Source: Phoronis australis
Taxonomy: Eukaryota; Animalia; Phoronida
Assembly: GCA_002633005.1 (NCBI GenBank)
Contig: NMRA01000204.1
Location: 190,260 to 254,259 of the forward strand
Reading direction: 5' to 3'
Length of the DNA: 64,000 nucleotides
Part shown: positions 50,164 through 64,000 of the stretch, one piece after another
Numbering within the stretch: the first letter of the stretch is position 1
Layout: every line of letters begins with the position of its first letter
Program-made: the position numbers and the translations under genes
The notes under the pieces: generated by a model
Database searches by the model: none
What the model was told of the DNA's origin: nothing
What the model saw: the letters and a program-made list of their open reading frames with translations, nothing else

Positions 50164-52959
50164 GATTCTTTTTCGTCCTGCCCCAGTTGTGTTTAGACGT
50201 GTAGTTTACTCTGGAGCAACTCGTTTTATCTATCAAACAAATGTTGAAAACTGGCCGCCGCGGTGTCACTCGCTCCGGTTCCGTGTCAGTTGTGTTTACG
50301 CACACACTTGCACCGGAGCAGCTGTAGCCGCGCCAGGTCAGCTGTCTCTCATGCAAATGCGGCTTACCATTTCTATGAATGCCCATAATTTCTAAAACAG
50401 TCTTCACTGTTTGCTATAGTACAGAGCTAAAAGAATTTATATTGTGCTACTTATCATTTATAAAATTAATATAATTTAACTTGTCGGCTATAATGTGTTG
50501 TAAATGTGTGTCATTTTACTCTACATATTCTTCAGGTATGGAATACCTGTCAAATTTCCACAATTGATTGCAGCATGCTCGTGATCCAGTAAACTAAATC
50601 AAATTACCTACATTTGTTTTTCTTAGATTCAAATTGAACAGAGTGAGACGAACTAATTAGTGCATTTGATAATTTATTACAAATGCAGCTTCATGTTCAT
50701 TTTGAAATGCATGTTTGTCCATTGAAAACATTATTGACTTTTGTGACGTGGCTGTACATCTGTTGTGCAATCATTGCATAATGACTGTTGGATAGCTTCA
50801 GGTACAGTGCTTGCCAAAAGTATGCAGACAAAACCACACGGAATTGCTCTTCGTAGCAACTGGACGGTAGTTGAAATCATCTGAGTAGCCTTTCCTGATG
50901 ACTGAGAATGAAGGGAAATTAACAGGAAATTTTACAGTGACGTGGCTAAGCTGTTCTGTTATTAGAATTGTGTCGTCATAATGATTACCACTCATTTTTG
51001 CTGTTAACAGGACTTGCCGTCATAATGGGGAAATGGTATTTTGTCTGATAACTTTTGTCAAGTACTGTACATGCTCAACATGACAGCCAGGCTTTGGAAT
51101 GAGTTTGTAGAACACTTAGCTTTGCTGCCTGTGCCGTGCTAGCAGTGTGCAATCTTTGAAAGAGGAATTAGCTGGCCTAGTGCATCAATAATTGTCTAGT
51201 TATCACCCTACAGTTTAATGCAGACAAGGGATACAATATGTGTGATTCTCCTGGGGGAGTCCCAGCTGACAGTGCTGCCCTCTGTGACCTGGCATGAATG
51301 AATGGTTTATTTCTATTACATTGTATTAGATTATGAGACTAAGTCTGCTCATTCACTAATTGCTTGCAAATCTCACTAAGGGAGATATTAGGTCTAATGC
51401 AATGACGCTGCTTTAAATGCCAGGAAAATCGTAGGGCTTCAACCATAATGATATGCTTGCAATATTGTGCACAGTGAATCTCCCTTTTAGCCTGTAACTA
51501 AGTCTATAATGTCCTTCAGAAAGCGTTGTGCTCAGTTATGGACCATATGGCTTGATGTCTCCACTTTCTTGGTGCTGGATTAGAACAAAACCAATGATGC
51601 TATCAGTTCCTGTATTTTAATGGAAGTGTTATAATTCGCAATAGAAAATTACTTAATCCATTTAAAACTGGTTTAAAGTTACCTGCCTTCTGTCACAAAA
51701 ACTAGATTGTGATTTAGATCATTTGTCATTAGGAAACTATTTTAAATTTGTTTCTTAATCAAATAAATACATGCCTGGAGAGTGGGGGGGGTCATTTAAC
51801 AGGTAAATCTTTGTTAAAAAGGAATTGCTGGGGATTCTGTCGACAGCAAAGGGCACACCCCTTGCCACAAGCAGATAAAGACATGCCCGAGTTAAATTAA
51901 CATGTGAATCTTTGTTAGAAAGTAGTGTGACTGGCGGAGAAGGGCCGGGGGTGGGGGGGGGCATTTTAGGCTTGGAGGGTAACTAGTGGGCATAGTGGCC
52001 TAGAATTTTTCAGACAGTTATAAATCATGGGTGTGGTTCACACACAATAGGCTTTTTGAAATTGATTTGCATTAAGTCAGTGAAGGTAGTTCTTTGTGAA
52101 CCCTGTCCCAGTTGGAGGTAAATAAACACAGCTAAAGAAAAGGTTTACGGTCCTGGCGAGTCTCCCCCCCATGGAGACCGTTAGGATAGAGTTCAGTGCA
52201 CTCGAGGACCTACACTAAGACCTCATTAAAGTCTGGGCTAAATCACATGTTTTTTAAACTACTCAACAATGTCTCACATAATCTTGTCTTGTTTTTTAGC
52301 GAAGTACTAGCATTACTTGACTCTACCCAGGCTTTGCAAGTGCGCTTGTCATTTTATGCTGTCATTTTTCCAAGCCCACAAATCATCTTTGATCTAAGTA
52401 ATGAGCATGTTGAGCTGAGTTTTGTTATAGCAAGTCAGGTCTTAGTCTAAAGTTGATTTCTCTGTTTGAGCAAGAGAATGTGGCTTCAGTTTTTACTATT
52501 TAATTTTTTTGAAAATGCGTATTTTTGTAATCTGTAAATGATCTGAGATGGTATTATAAAGTGTCACTAAGAGTATATCAGTTTTTATTGAGAAAGTTAA
52601 CCTTGCAAGTGTGAACTTTGTCAGTTTAGACATTGCTATAGTACATAATCAGAACACCAGGTGGTGCTCTGCATCTGAACTTTTAATATGCATTTGGGAT
52701 AATTTACTGCTCAGACTTGTAGTGTCTTGTTTATAAATAATTTCTGAACCATGCTGTAAATCACATTCAGTTATTTTTTTATTGGCATTACCATCTGTAT
52801 ATCTTAAAACCCATACAGGATTGCTGTGAATTTTGGCAAGTTAACATGAACGTGACACGCGGTCACAACTACTGTGGGGCAGTTCTGTCTGTGTCCCCTT
52901 GTGGCAATTGTAGTTCTTAATATATCTTTGGTTGGTTTGGGTGATACTTTTACGCAGAT

Positions 52960-53540
52960 TACACACACAAACCCTGCAGTATTTTTAATCTGTGTAAAAG
53001 GTATGGAATCCAGTGTAAAAAGGCATGTAATCGATGTAGAAAGCTAGTTACCGTGATAGCGTGTAAACCATGGCAACCATGTACACATATGATACGCTAG
53101 AGTGTAAACAAAAGTCAAAGTATGACATGCCGTGTCATGAACGTGTAAAAAACTGCAACACTAATGCGTAAAGGGTGGAAACCGTCACGGTGTCAAAATA
53201 TGACACATAACGTGACAAACATGTAAAAAATTCTCAAGCTCGTGGGTAAAGTGCAACAACCATGTCAACATATGCCTGTTACAAGGGTGTAAAGTGTCAT
53301 GCTCATCTGTAAAGCATGGCAACCATGTCAAAAAACTGTCACGGCTGACAACATGTCCTCGCAACCATGACAAAATACCCGGTATGACACACAAACATGA
53401 GCGTGGCAAATGTGTAAAAATTCCCATTTTAGCATGTTAGGCATGGCAACCGTGTAAAAATAGTACACAATATCATGCCAATAAGTGAGAAATGTTATTC
53501 TCCCTAGATTGAAGAACGTGGCAACTGTGTAAAAATACCA
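52960..53540. repeat. Degenerate minisatellite-like array (gtgtaaa/gtgtca motif every ~20-25 bp)
   Basis: Recurrent cgtgtaaa, catgtcaa and ggcaacc(g/a)tgt motifs; related to the motifs in 56625-56767. Confidence 0.6.
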
Positions 53541-54880
53541 CATTTATTCTGGTAATCAAATTGTAGAGATGAAATGTATGTTTAGAAACCCTTCAAAAAG
53601 ACACACCTTTAATAAGCTTGGCAATCCTGAAAAGACTGCTAGCAGGTAATCCTCCAATGTGAATGACTAAACATGTTCAATTAAAAACATCACAGAATTT
53701 GCTACAAAGATTTTATGTGCTGTCTTTTCAAATGTCCACCTACTGAGTTAGAGTTGGTTTGGCTGTGAGAGAGTGGAGTTGTGTAAGGAGACCCTTTATA
53801 AAGCATGGTCTTTGAGTGTGATACAGCCCAAGCACAAACTATTCCTCAAGTGAGTTGTATTGTCACAGAAAACATGAAGGTCAGAGTAGAAATTGTTGAG
53901 TGTCCAGGTGATAATAAAGTCAGAATGTCCATCCACTCTTTTATCCTCTCATCTTCAGTTTTTGAATTTAATTCACACCTGGAGCTGTTTCCAATACCAA
54001 TGCACACTACAGGTTAAACATTGTACTCTGAAAAATATTAGATTTATAGTTAAGATTCAATTCGGAAGAAAAGAAAATCAAAGCAATTTTTTGATAGCCC
54101 GAGACAATACGCCCGCAATATTGACAGTGCTTTGAATTTTACATACATGTAATGTTATCATATTTTGATTGCTGACATTTGTTGCCTTGCTTGTACATCT
54201 TCAGTTGTATAAATGAAATGCCTTTATAGTTTCAAGTGGGCTAAATCAAGAATGTAGGTTTATTGCTGCAGAGTGTATTATAAGCATGTAAGTACCCCCT
54301 AAGTGGGCACGTAAGTGTTTTGGTGACAAAATCAGCCCTGCATGGGATTGTAAGTAACTGTAGACACTGTTCTAGTACATCATCAGAACACCAGGTGGTG
54401 CACTATGTACTGTTAATGTGTGCTTTGGATAATAGAGATATGAAGTGGCATTGTCTTGCTGGTTCCCTGTGTGTCTGCTAAGAGGAAGGGGGCACACAGG
54501 TATCATTTAATTTTCCTCAGGAAACACTTTTGTACCACTGTTTCTGATTGGCTGGTCAAATTGTAGCACTTTATAATGTAGAGGAGCCAGCATGACTGAT
54601 GAAGGAATGTGGAATGATATAGTTTGTGGTCTGTTGTACAGAGAATTCTGTGCTTATATAAATTGGGATATGTTCAGGAAAAGTTGTGGTTGTGCCATTC
54701 GGCATAGCCCATTGGCATTATAGCTATAGTGTCTTTTTTGGCTACTGATGTCAAGGTCATAAACTGCTCAGCTAGGTCGCAGATAACTGTTCTTGATCTT
54801 TCTGCCGTTAGTGACATGGTAGAGGGAAAACTTAGTTTGCAAAGATGTTGACAAGGATAAAATTCGTTAATAGTCTACCA

Positions 54881-55494
54881 TTTTTATGCGCCCACATATT
54901 TATATTGTTTTCTAGTCTGTTTTGGTGTCCGCCCTCTGTCAGCCAAACCACTCTAGTAGGATGAGTGTGAAAATTGGCTTATATGCTCTTAGTCAGTGAA
55001 GAGGACGGTCCATGAGGCCTGTGCACGTCTGATGCACCGCAAATGACATCAGACCACCTGCACTGTTTTTTTTTTTGAAGAGGACGGTTGACAATGATTT
55101 TCCGACTTTAATTGCTGTGGCGCCTTCCTTAGTGTATCTCCTAAGCCCTCTGCAGGATCTGTATTAATTTTAGCAAGTGTATTTATAAAGTTAACAACAG
55201 AAAACGACAGCTTTCAGACGGATTAGATGAACACTCTGTCCCCTAGTGGCAATTTTATTTTTTCCGTTTCCTCTGTTGTTTCCCTAAATTTCCTTGAAGG
55301 ATTTTTATGAAGTGTGGTAAATAGCTTTCTGTCAAAAATGGTGATATTTTCCCGTTTTTTGATGGATGTTAAGTATTTTGCACCATCTGGTGGCCATTTT
55401 TATGATACAAATAAACACCCCTAGAAGCACACTGTTTGCAGTGCATTCGTGGGCGCATTTCAATTTCAACGCTCCACGTTCAAGCTGCTCTTGT
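54881..55494 (+). mobile_element. HINE-like element with both ends intact
   Basis: Perfect asymmetric inverted repeat atgcgcccac (54886-54895) / gtgggcgcat (55449-55458), a 5' T-run, a 3' ctcttgt end and family subrepeats inside. Confidence 0.7.
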
Positions 55495-56624
55495 CTTTGT
55501 TGTAAAGCTGCCGAGGTTACGTCAACTAGTGATAAATCGTGTGCTGCTGAATGATACCTGCGTGTCACCTGCCTTATAGTCACATGAACCCACAACAATG
55601 TTTTGTTTAGAAAATTTTATTCAAGTGAGTGTTTAACCTACCAAAAGTAGGTCAACGTTCGTGAGATAAATTTTCCCCACATGAAACAAAATATTTGTGC
55701 TAATATTTAACGCAGTAGCTGACGTTTTTTTGGGGGAAACGCATTATGCAGGTGAATTATTTTGTGCTCGCTCTTGATGTAGGCAAGCAGCTGTTATTGA
55801 TGACGCTTCTTTGACATTTATAACAAGTTTCGTAGAAGACATGAAAAGAATAATAACCTGTGAAAATACATGTTCTTATTAAGTGCTGAACTTATCTAGA
55901 TAATAACTTCCTCAGTAAATTGAAACGTAGCATGCTCACATGTCAGACAAAATAACTGGGACTCTAAACCGCTATCAATGATTTCGTAATTCAGGTTCAA
56001 TTTATCCTCATCTAACAGAAACACCAGCAATCAAAATCTCTTCAAAAAAATTTGAAAATATTTAAGGAGAGTAATTGACCTCATAAAATGTTTTACAGTC
56101 ATTAAAAATCTAACATGCTTTACCGTTGGCTGTAAACTTTTAAATATTACATTTAAAATCTCTTTTTAAGATAAGTTCCATGTACTTAAGTATAGCTAAT
56201 GTTCGATGTAATCTAAGACACATTTTCCCCTGGGTCATAGATTATGATAATAAGTGCATTTTTTGCAAATCTACCCAAGTGCTATAAGTCTTTTGTGGCA
56301 TCAAAAATCGAAGGGCCTGAAAATGGCCGATCAAGATTTCCCATGTACTGTAGCTGAAGTTGTCTCAAATAGCATTGCACATTTGGCACATAAAAATACG
56401 TTAAAGAATTACCAAGTGGTAATCATGAAAAATACAGGAGCTTTACTTTGAAAACAATCCCCAATTTTTGTTATTAACCTAGTTGTAAATAAATACAATA
56501 AATACAAACGTTTTGATCCTTTTAAAACTTAATTCTGTTCAGATTATCAGAAGGTCCTTTCACATTATGCATTGTTACAGTAGGTTTCTGTCAATTATTT
56601 GTTAACCTCATCCCTGTTGACAAA

Positions 56625-56767
56625 CTGGGTGTGTAAAATTTTACACGTTTGACACGCTAACGTGTCATGTTTTTACACGTTAGCGTGGCAATTTTGACAC
56701 GTATTACACGTTTTTTACACGTTTGACACGCTCAAAAGCGTGTCAAACGTGTGAAATTCTCACCCGG
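56625..56767. mobile_element. Palindromic MITE built from acacg motifs
   Basis: About 30-bp inverted ends (ctgggtg...acacgtttgacacgct / agcgtgtcaaacgtgt...cacccgg) and a perfect internal 16-bp hairpin. Confidence 0.75.
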
Positions 56768-57164
56768 GAAGTTTGATCCTGCATTTCCCGGATTCTTCAA
56801 TGAACCACTACACAAACTTATACAAAAACTAATAAGCTTCAGTTGTCTTCAATAGCATCAGAGACATGTTTTTATTTATTTCAAATATTCATGGCAGTAA
56901 GGCCCATTAAAGTACTGTTTCTGACAAAAAATACTAAGGGGGCAGTCAGTTGCAAACTTTTGTTTATACATTGATTTCTTGCAAATCTTACAGCTTAGAA
57001 CCCAGGTGGTATTAGTTTGAAAATACCTTCGATACCTGTTGGCAATTCAAGCCTTCCACTGCTTTGATGTCCCTTCAAGGGTTAGCAGATTCGCACACTT
57101 ATTGCATGATTTGACCTCATTCTTGTTAAAATAATTACATAAACATTTTGATACGAGAAACCAC

Positions 57165-58065
57165 ATTTTTAATTTTTATCGACATTACCATCCGGTGTCT
57201 GTTCAGCAACAGTCTGGAATCCGTGTCCGTATCTCCTAAGTCCAATTTTAGTATTTCATGAATGTGACAACAAAGGGTGGCTTTTGATGGATCCATCTTT
57301 TCATGTGCCCACTGTGGCAATTTTTAGTTTTTATGTTTGCCCCTGGTATCGTAGAAGTTCCTTGACTGACTGTTATGAAATTCGGCAAATAGGCATCATT
57401 TAAGGAGAATTTTTTGGATGTATGCAACATATTATGCCCTGCCTTAAGTAGCCACTTTTACTATTTCTGTGTCTGTTTTTTGGCATTTGCACCTTTAACC
57501 ACAAAACTACTTAGCAATTACTATCAAAATTAGAGATGTGTTCCAACTGAAAAAAAGCATGGCTTAATTAGTTTTCAGATTGCACCCTCTTGTGTTATTG
57601 TTTCCTGTCCATGGCTGTATTCCTTAAATCCCTCTCTGGATCTTTATGGAATCAAACTAGTGTATTCTTATGAAAGTCGTAACAGTTCACCACTTTAGGA
57701 TGGATCCCGGCTACTGATGTGCTCCTGAGTTGATTTTTTTATTTTTAGACTGTTCTCAGCATCTTTCGTGTCTTTCAGTTTAACAAATAGATTTGTATTA
57801 ACGAGACAAAGACACCTACCTAGTTTCAGAGAGATTTCGGGTATTCTTAGCCACTTAGTGGCCATTTGAATTAATTTTGATTTTGTTTTTTTTTGGCATC
57901 TGCTTCTCTAACTACCAAACAGGTCAAATGATCATTAGTGTACAAGTTAGTGTATAATCTTTGAATGAGTCCAAGCTCTGTGGCACCCTCTAATGGCATT
58001 AGGAGCATATTGTTAGCGTGTTGTTCTAGGCACATTTATCTCTCTTCGAGTTTTGATGTTCTTGC
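57165..58065 (+). mobile_element. Decayed HINE-like copy
   Basis: tccgtgtccgtatctcctaag followed by family subrepeats. Boundaries approximate. Confidence 0.6.
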
Positions 58066-58939
58066 CTATGACCTTTGATGACCCTTACCAGCCTGAAATA
58101 TTACTATTTTTCAGAAACTAATTCTTCCCATATTTCCCAAGTTGTAAAATGTTTGCAGTTTGCCTGGTAGAAGAAATAGTTTCAGAATCACTAGTCAAAA
58201 GAACATTTTGTGTAGTAAGAAAAGTTGACTGAAACTAGACCAGTTTTAACTGATAAAAACAAGCTTTTTTTGGATTGTAAGTTTGATGATGGGAATTAAA
58301 AAAAATTCTTTACTTTACAGTGCCAAGATCATTGGCAAAATTAGATTAAAATTTAACTAATTTTTGCTGTACTGGTTTTGTTCTTACAATGACTTAACAA
58401 AACTGTTTCCTAAAATTGAGGAAACAAGGTATTAATTTTACAAAAAATATTTTGAGACAGTCTGCGTAAAAACCCCCATATAAGCAGACAATCCCTTTGC
58501 TTGTTCACGTACCAGCGTTCTACATGATCTAGCATGGTACCCCTTTTTTGATTTTGAGAAATAAAGAACTCTGTAGAGTATCAGAGGAGCCTACAATGCT
58601 ATATTTTGACAAGTTTAGAGTACTGTGGTAGTACGGTACTTCAGATATGCAATGGTCGAAATATGCACCAATAGTACAGTAATTTTTAAATTTCCTGTAG
58701 TTTACTAACTTGGTATCCTCATGGACACGCTGTGACAGAATTGTGTGAAGTCCAAAATTTTGTATATAAACTTTCTATTTATAGAAAATAATGGTAATTA
58801 ACACTTCATAACTACCATTTAAATTAATGAATTTACTCTCATGTCATGAGAAATTCTTTTTGACTTGTTCATAGATTGTTTAACAGCTCTTTTTGGTGCC
58901 CGATTGATTTGTCTTGCAAAATGTAAACATACCCAGTGT

Positions 58940-59050
58940 AAATATTTGTGTATCTCACTAGCAAGTTTTCAATTAGACAAATGTCATTGAAACTACCAGT
59001 ATTGACTGAATGTTTTTTCAATTCTCTTCGGGAGATAGGAAATGTTGGAT
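58940..59050 (-). mobile_element. Second, more decayed Penelope-like N-terminal relic
   Basis: SFNDICLIENLLVRYTNI matches the same PLE motif as 37620-37773; FLSPEE and RIEK appear in shifted frames upstream. Confidence 0.55.
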
Positions 59051-61286
59051 ACACAACCTCTGTTTACAGACTTCCTGTGTTGATATTGATGAAACAAGGC
59101 ACTACCCAAACACAATATCTTCTGGACCTTCTCTGCTCATCACAATGACAATAATAGATTTCATCATGAAGAGACATTTAAAGTTGCATTTTACCCATTA
59201 GTTAGTTAAAAATGATAATAAGATGAGGGCTTTTACTCTCATAAAATGGTACCGTTATTAGATTCCGTTTCCATTATTAACAAGAACCTTAAAACCATCA
59301 GCGACTAAAGAAAATGCATGTTTATTGGCTTTGGGCCAACCCTAAAATTGAGAATAAGAAAATGTTGCATCAATGTTGCAAATTCGAAAATGTACACATT
59401 TCCTGTTGGTGAAGGAAATAGAATCACATTCTAACATTAAAAGACCAATTTTCCGAGAGTAAAAGGCATAATTGAATTTTTGTTATGCAGGTTACAGGGC
59501 AAAATCCACCTCTGAGTGAGAGGATGAATAGTTCACCTCTATCTATTTGGCACATGTGAAAACTTCCATATTCACTTGACTTGCAATCTTAAACTCCCAA
59601 TATGCTGCTCAATATTATATTTTGAGAAATTAGGCTATTTGCCCTTTTAGAGGGTTGGCGCCCTGATCCTTTTAAAGTAAGCAGGAATAAAAGGGACCTA
59701 TTTGCCAGAATTTTTTTTTTGACGATGCCGCACGTATGAGCAGCAAGAACCATATGTGCCACCTATAAAAGTACCCCCCCCCCTCCGTCCTTCGTGTTTT
59801 GACACAATAATTGGGTATTTAAGATGACTGTCATTTCCCATAACACTCTTGAACATTTGATAATTGCCTCTGTAAATTAGTTTGTTTTCTATTATTGTTA
59901 GTGTTCAAGTGTCTTGTGTAGCTTTGTCTGTAAACTAATGGCCCTGTCTTTTGAAGCTAAATGTCTTCTCTTTCATATTTGATGATCAGTGTTTTTAGCT
60001 GCACAAGGGGTAAATATAAGCATAGCTCAAATAGTTTAAACTTTTGACATCTCAGTCAGGTATTTCTCTTGTGGGAAATTTCCGTTTCTGTCTGTATATG
60101 GATAATTTTCGATAATTTTGTTTGAAAAACTAATTCATACTTGACATTGCTTGGCTGAACAAGACAACCTACTTAAAGGTTGCCTGTTTTATCAGGGAGT
60201 TGCCATTCCTAGTGTTTTCATGAACTTGGATCATGTTGCTGCTTATCATTTGGTTCTCAGACTGATATTCATTTTTTCTGTATTCTTCTAGATTTTAGAG
60301 GCTCAGAAACACTTTTATGTTTAAGAATCTACAATTTCAGGCAAGCTGAGACCAAGCAAGGCAAAAATGGAGTTAAATTTGAGTTTCTGATTGCTGTGAT
60401 ACATGACTGCACTAAAGTATCATGCACTGAATCACCACTTTGGACTAGAAAATAGATTAATTGTTTTTTTTTTAGATTAATTGTTGTTCGTAACTTAATA
60501 TCCTCATTGATAGTTAGCCATTTTCAGATAAGGCTGTTTGTGGATCTCAAGTAATTTCATTATCTTGGGAAATCAGTTTTAGCATTAATTTTAGTGGGCA
60601 CCATCATAACATGGCAGTAAATCTCGGCCAACTTATGCAACATATGCCTCAAGCCCTGTTGGCTGTGTACAGTTTGCTCGCACTAGTTCAGCCCTGGATA
60701 CAGATTTAGTAAGCAGGTTTGGCATGCAGCGGCTGAGAACTGTAACCAAAGCAGCACTTAATTTGTTCTCGTGCACAACAGGGTATAGAATGCTTGCCTA
60801 TTGTATGAACTCGAGACTGTATCATACTTGCATTGACGCGATCATGAAAAAAATTAAAGAAAATGCCCTGCTTGACAAGCATTAACAGGACGGCAATGAA
60901 AACGCTGTTGTTAAAAATAGTCTTTTGTTAATTACAGGTGGTCAAATTACATAACACATCCGTGAAAGCTAGTTGCAAAGAAGCATTGAGTGCACACCAG
61001 CTTTTCTTGGTCCCGCACACAAGGCAAACATTTTGCATTGCGCATGCCCGATCAACTTCGAACAGGACTGACCGCGCGAGTACGTCCTATTCTTATCCAA
61101 TATCACCCCTGGATCGTTTCACATTCAAGTTTCGCTTAGTGAGTGGGAAACCAACATGGCAAAAATTCTCTATTAATTTTTGCTTCTAAATTTTCTTCTA
61201 TTGTGCCACGACTCTTACAACATCCCGATGTATGCAAAATGGTCGCTTATTTAAGGTGCGCCTAAATCTCACATCAAGGCTCTTAT

Positions 61287-61355
61287 CATGGGTGGCGCAG
61301 CACTGAAAAAAGTGGAGGCTATAACCCCCCAGACCTCTATATTGCGCCGCCCATG
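61287..61355. mobile_element. 69-bp hAT-like micro-MITE
   Basis: catgggtggcgca / tgcgccgcccatg (12/13 inverted). Confidence 0.65.
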
Positions 61356-62628
61356 CTCACCATTAAGTTTTGACTAATGATGTTCCTCTATGTAGAAACT
61401 GCATTCAAGCAATTAATCTATTTTTTGTGCTTGATTAAATTCTGTTTGACGTATATACTCTTCCTTGGTCACGTTATGTGGCCAAATTTGAATGTTTCTA
61501 CCATTTTGCTTTATTTAATGAACTAATATGAACTGTGAACACGTTGGCAAAAAGATTGGCCTTAAACACCAGCTCTTCATAGTTGTACAGAGGGATAGCC
61601 TGGGGAAACAACTGTTAACCTCCAGCCAGAAGCCTACCTGCACTCAGTGTTGTAGACTAAACACCATCTTAAAATGAGGTGGGGAAATACCTGCTATGTT
61701 TATTTGTCAAATAAGTATGAAACTCAAACATTTCTTTGTTTATTTTTCAAATAAACAGAAAACTCAAATGTAATATCTTGGCAGCTGCCGTTGTTCCATA
61801 ATTTGCCCAGGTCAGATCATAGTACACCAGGTACTTGTGTCCAGTGGAAGATCATGGCTTAGGACCCTGTCACACACGAAAGTCATTCTCAGAATGACAG
61901 AGCTTCATTATTGAGTTTAATGAACAGTTAACACATGTACATAGGTAGTGATAAGCACACAGTACCAATTATTATGTACGTTCAAATGGCTATATGATTA
62001 AGAAACGCTTACGACAACACTCATCTGGTCATTATGATTCTGTCACGGAAGGTCCATTACAGAAAAAAATGGGCATGAATTGGCTACACCTGATCTCTGC
62101 ACAAATCAGCAAAATTTGTTGAAACAGGCTGGAAACAAACGGAAACTTGCAATTTTGGTAAAAATTACAACATTTTTCAGTGACAGGAAGTTTTTCCTAA
62201 AATTGTAACAAGTGTGAACTGCGTATACCAAGTTCCCGATCAGCATTATATTCATACACAGGATGGTGTTTAGTAGATGAACGAGAATCCGGCTTGTAAA
62301 GATCTGACGTGTATTTTAGTATCTGATGGATTGTTCTAAAATATGTTTTGATGTAACATTTTGTTCATTTGGTTAGGCGTTATATTTCGGGATCTGAATT
62401 TTGCTCAAATGACGAGGTAACTAACCCTTAACACAGTGATGAAGGGCAGTTCTAAGCTTTTCACACCGTGTTCATAAATGCTTGCATTTGGTTGTCAACA
62501 GTTGTGTTATTTTATGTTTTTCCATTTGTGTACTTGTAATAAAGACATAAACGCAAAAAAATTTTAAAATTGTGTGACATCATCAGGGGAAGTCCTGTCT
62601 CCACCATTGTATTGTTTTACACCAGCCC

Positions 62629-62787
62629 NNNNNNNNNNNNNNNNNNNNNNNNNNNNNNNNNNNNNNNNNNNNNNNNNNNNNNNNNNNNNNNNNNNNNNNN
62701 NNNNNNNNNNNNNNNNNNNNNNNNNNNNNNNNNNNNNNNNNNNNNNNNNNNNNNNNNNNNNNNNNNNNNNNNNNNNNNNNNNNNNNN
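62629..62787. other. Assembly gap
   Basis: Run of N. Confidence 0.99.
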
Positions 62788-64000
62788 CGGTAGAGGTCAC
62801 AACAATAATATACGATCACTCCAGCGAGACTCGCAAAACATGTTCTTTGTTTTTGTAGTGTAGCTGATATGCTCCCAATAGACACACGAAAATAAATAAA
62901 AGAAAGCATGTGTGTTGAAGAATGACTCTGATCATTTTCATGAGCACTGGTATAAACGGCAGAACAATGTTAGCCTCAGACCCACTCATCAATATTCAAT
63001 TGAGAGTACATTAATGAACTGCATGGCTTGGTATCTTAGCGATAACTTTGATATTGCTGTCTAGTGGGTAAGGTAAGTGAAGTTTCAGGGAAGCTTCAAT
63101 AAACCAAGTTCCCCTAATGAGAAAGCATCTTAAGAACCATTCTGTATAGTTGCTGGTTGGGAAATGAGATGTGGAGCCTACAGAGTCCACAATCTACTTT
63201 TCATCTGACTTGAGAACGATTTGAGACCAGTTTTATGGCTGTACATGTTTTAAATTAAGTTTGTTTCCTTGGTGCTACACAGGCTTTTGATTGCCTTAAA
63301 AATGAAGTTGTTTTTCTGTTTTTTTTTCTGGACGTTGTGCAGGTGGATTCAGCACCTGGGGGAAAATGAGAAGTGTTTCAAAAACAAATAAAATATGTTA
63401 CATCGAAAGTACATTTACTCTCCAATCACTACCTACGTCATTCAAACTTTTCTCTTATTGCCTATTATGATCCGAAATAATGTCCATACCCTTACAGAAC
63501 ATTCTGGCCCATTGTCTAACAAGTTTCATAGACTAGTTACTAAAAACCAAATGGAGCTATGGTAATTCTGGTATTTAGCCCACAATATGTCCAACAAATG
63601 AATTTCTATTTTTCCAAATTTCTCCACAAAAATATAGTTTAGTAAAGTGTTAGTCTATTACTAGCATGGTTTGTACTGTGTACATGTCATTGTAATTTTC
63701 CATTGATTGCGGTAAAGTAATCAGTCATTAAAAGTTGGAAAAATGACAATTTTGGCGCTTATTTTTACGCGAAGAAATTACCGTACCTTCGTGAACCAAA
63801 ACTGCAATATGTTTTATAACTGATATAAAGTGGGACTACTCAGATGTTTATTCACTTGAAGCTTTAACTCCGCCTACTTTAACTTTGTGTAGGTAAAGCC
63901 AAAATTGTCAACTCTTTAGGTGTTACATCTCACTTCCTAACTGGCAACTATTACCTTCACATGCTTTCAGACAGAACTTGATGTTCGTGGAAGGAAATTT

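Noticed and set aside
62564-62909. ORFs spanning the N gap
   Set aside because: Artefacts of translating Ns.

Overview
AT-rich animal genomic DNA, probably a marine invertebrate, from a draft assembly with N joins and apparent heterozygosity. There are no prokaryotic features. The first 16 kb carry the last ten coding exons of an OFD1-like gene on the + strand. All junctions are GT-AG and phase-consistent, and the protein ends ...IDPVMQKYMSMVQQQ...IEADDGEDFW*. The rest is intergenic or intronic DNA rich in mobile-element debris: a multi-copy Helentron-associated (HINE-like) family with co-oriented CTCF-like motifs, several MITE families (one nested), a 5'-truncated RTEX-like LINE, and Penelope-like 5' relics, one with a degenerate hammerhead core. 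A CpG-rich region at ~33.7-34.6 kb and a small exon candidate at 36.2 kb suggest the 5' end of a second, unidentified + strand gene. The least explained signal is a set of four diverged minus-strand relics of one protein I cannot assign to a known family. Two apparent tandem duplications are probably haplotype joins that expose indel or TE polymorphisms. All family assignments come from motif recall by eye, not database searches.
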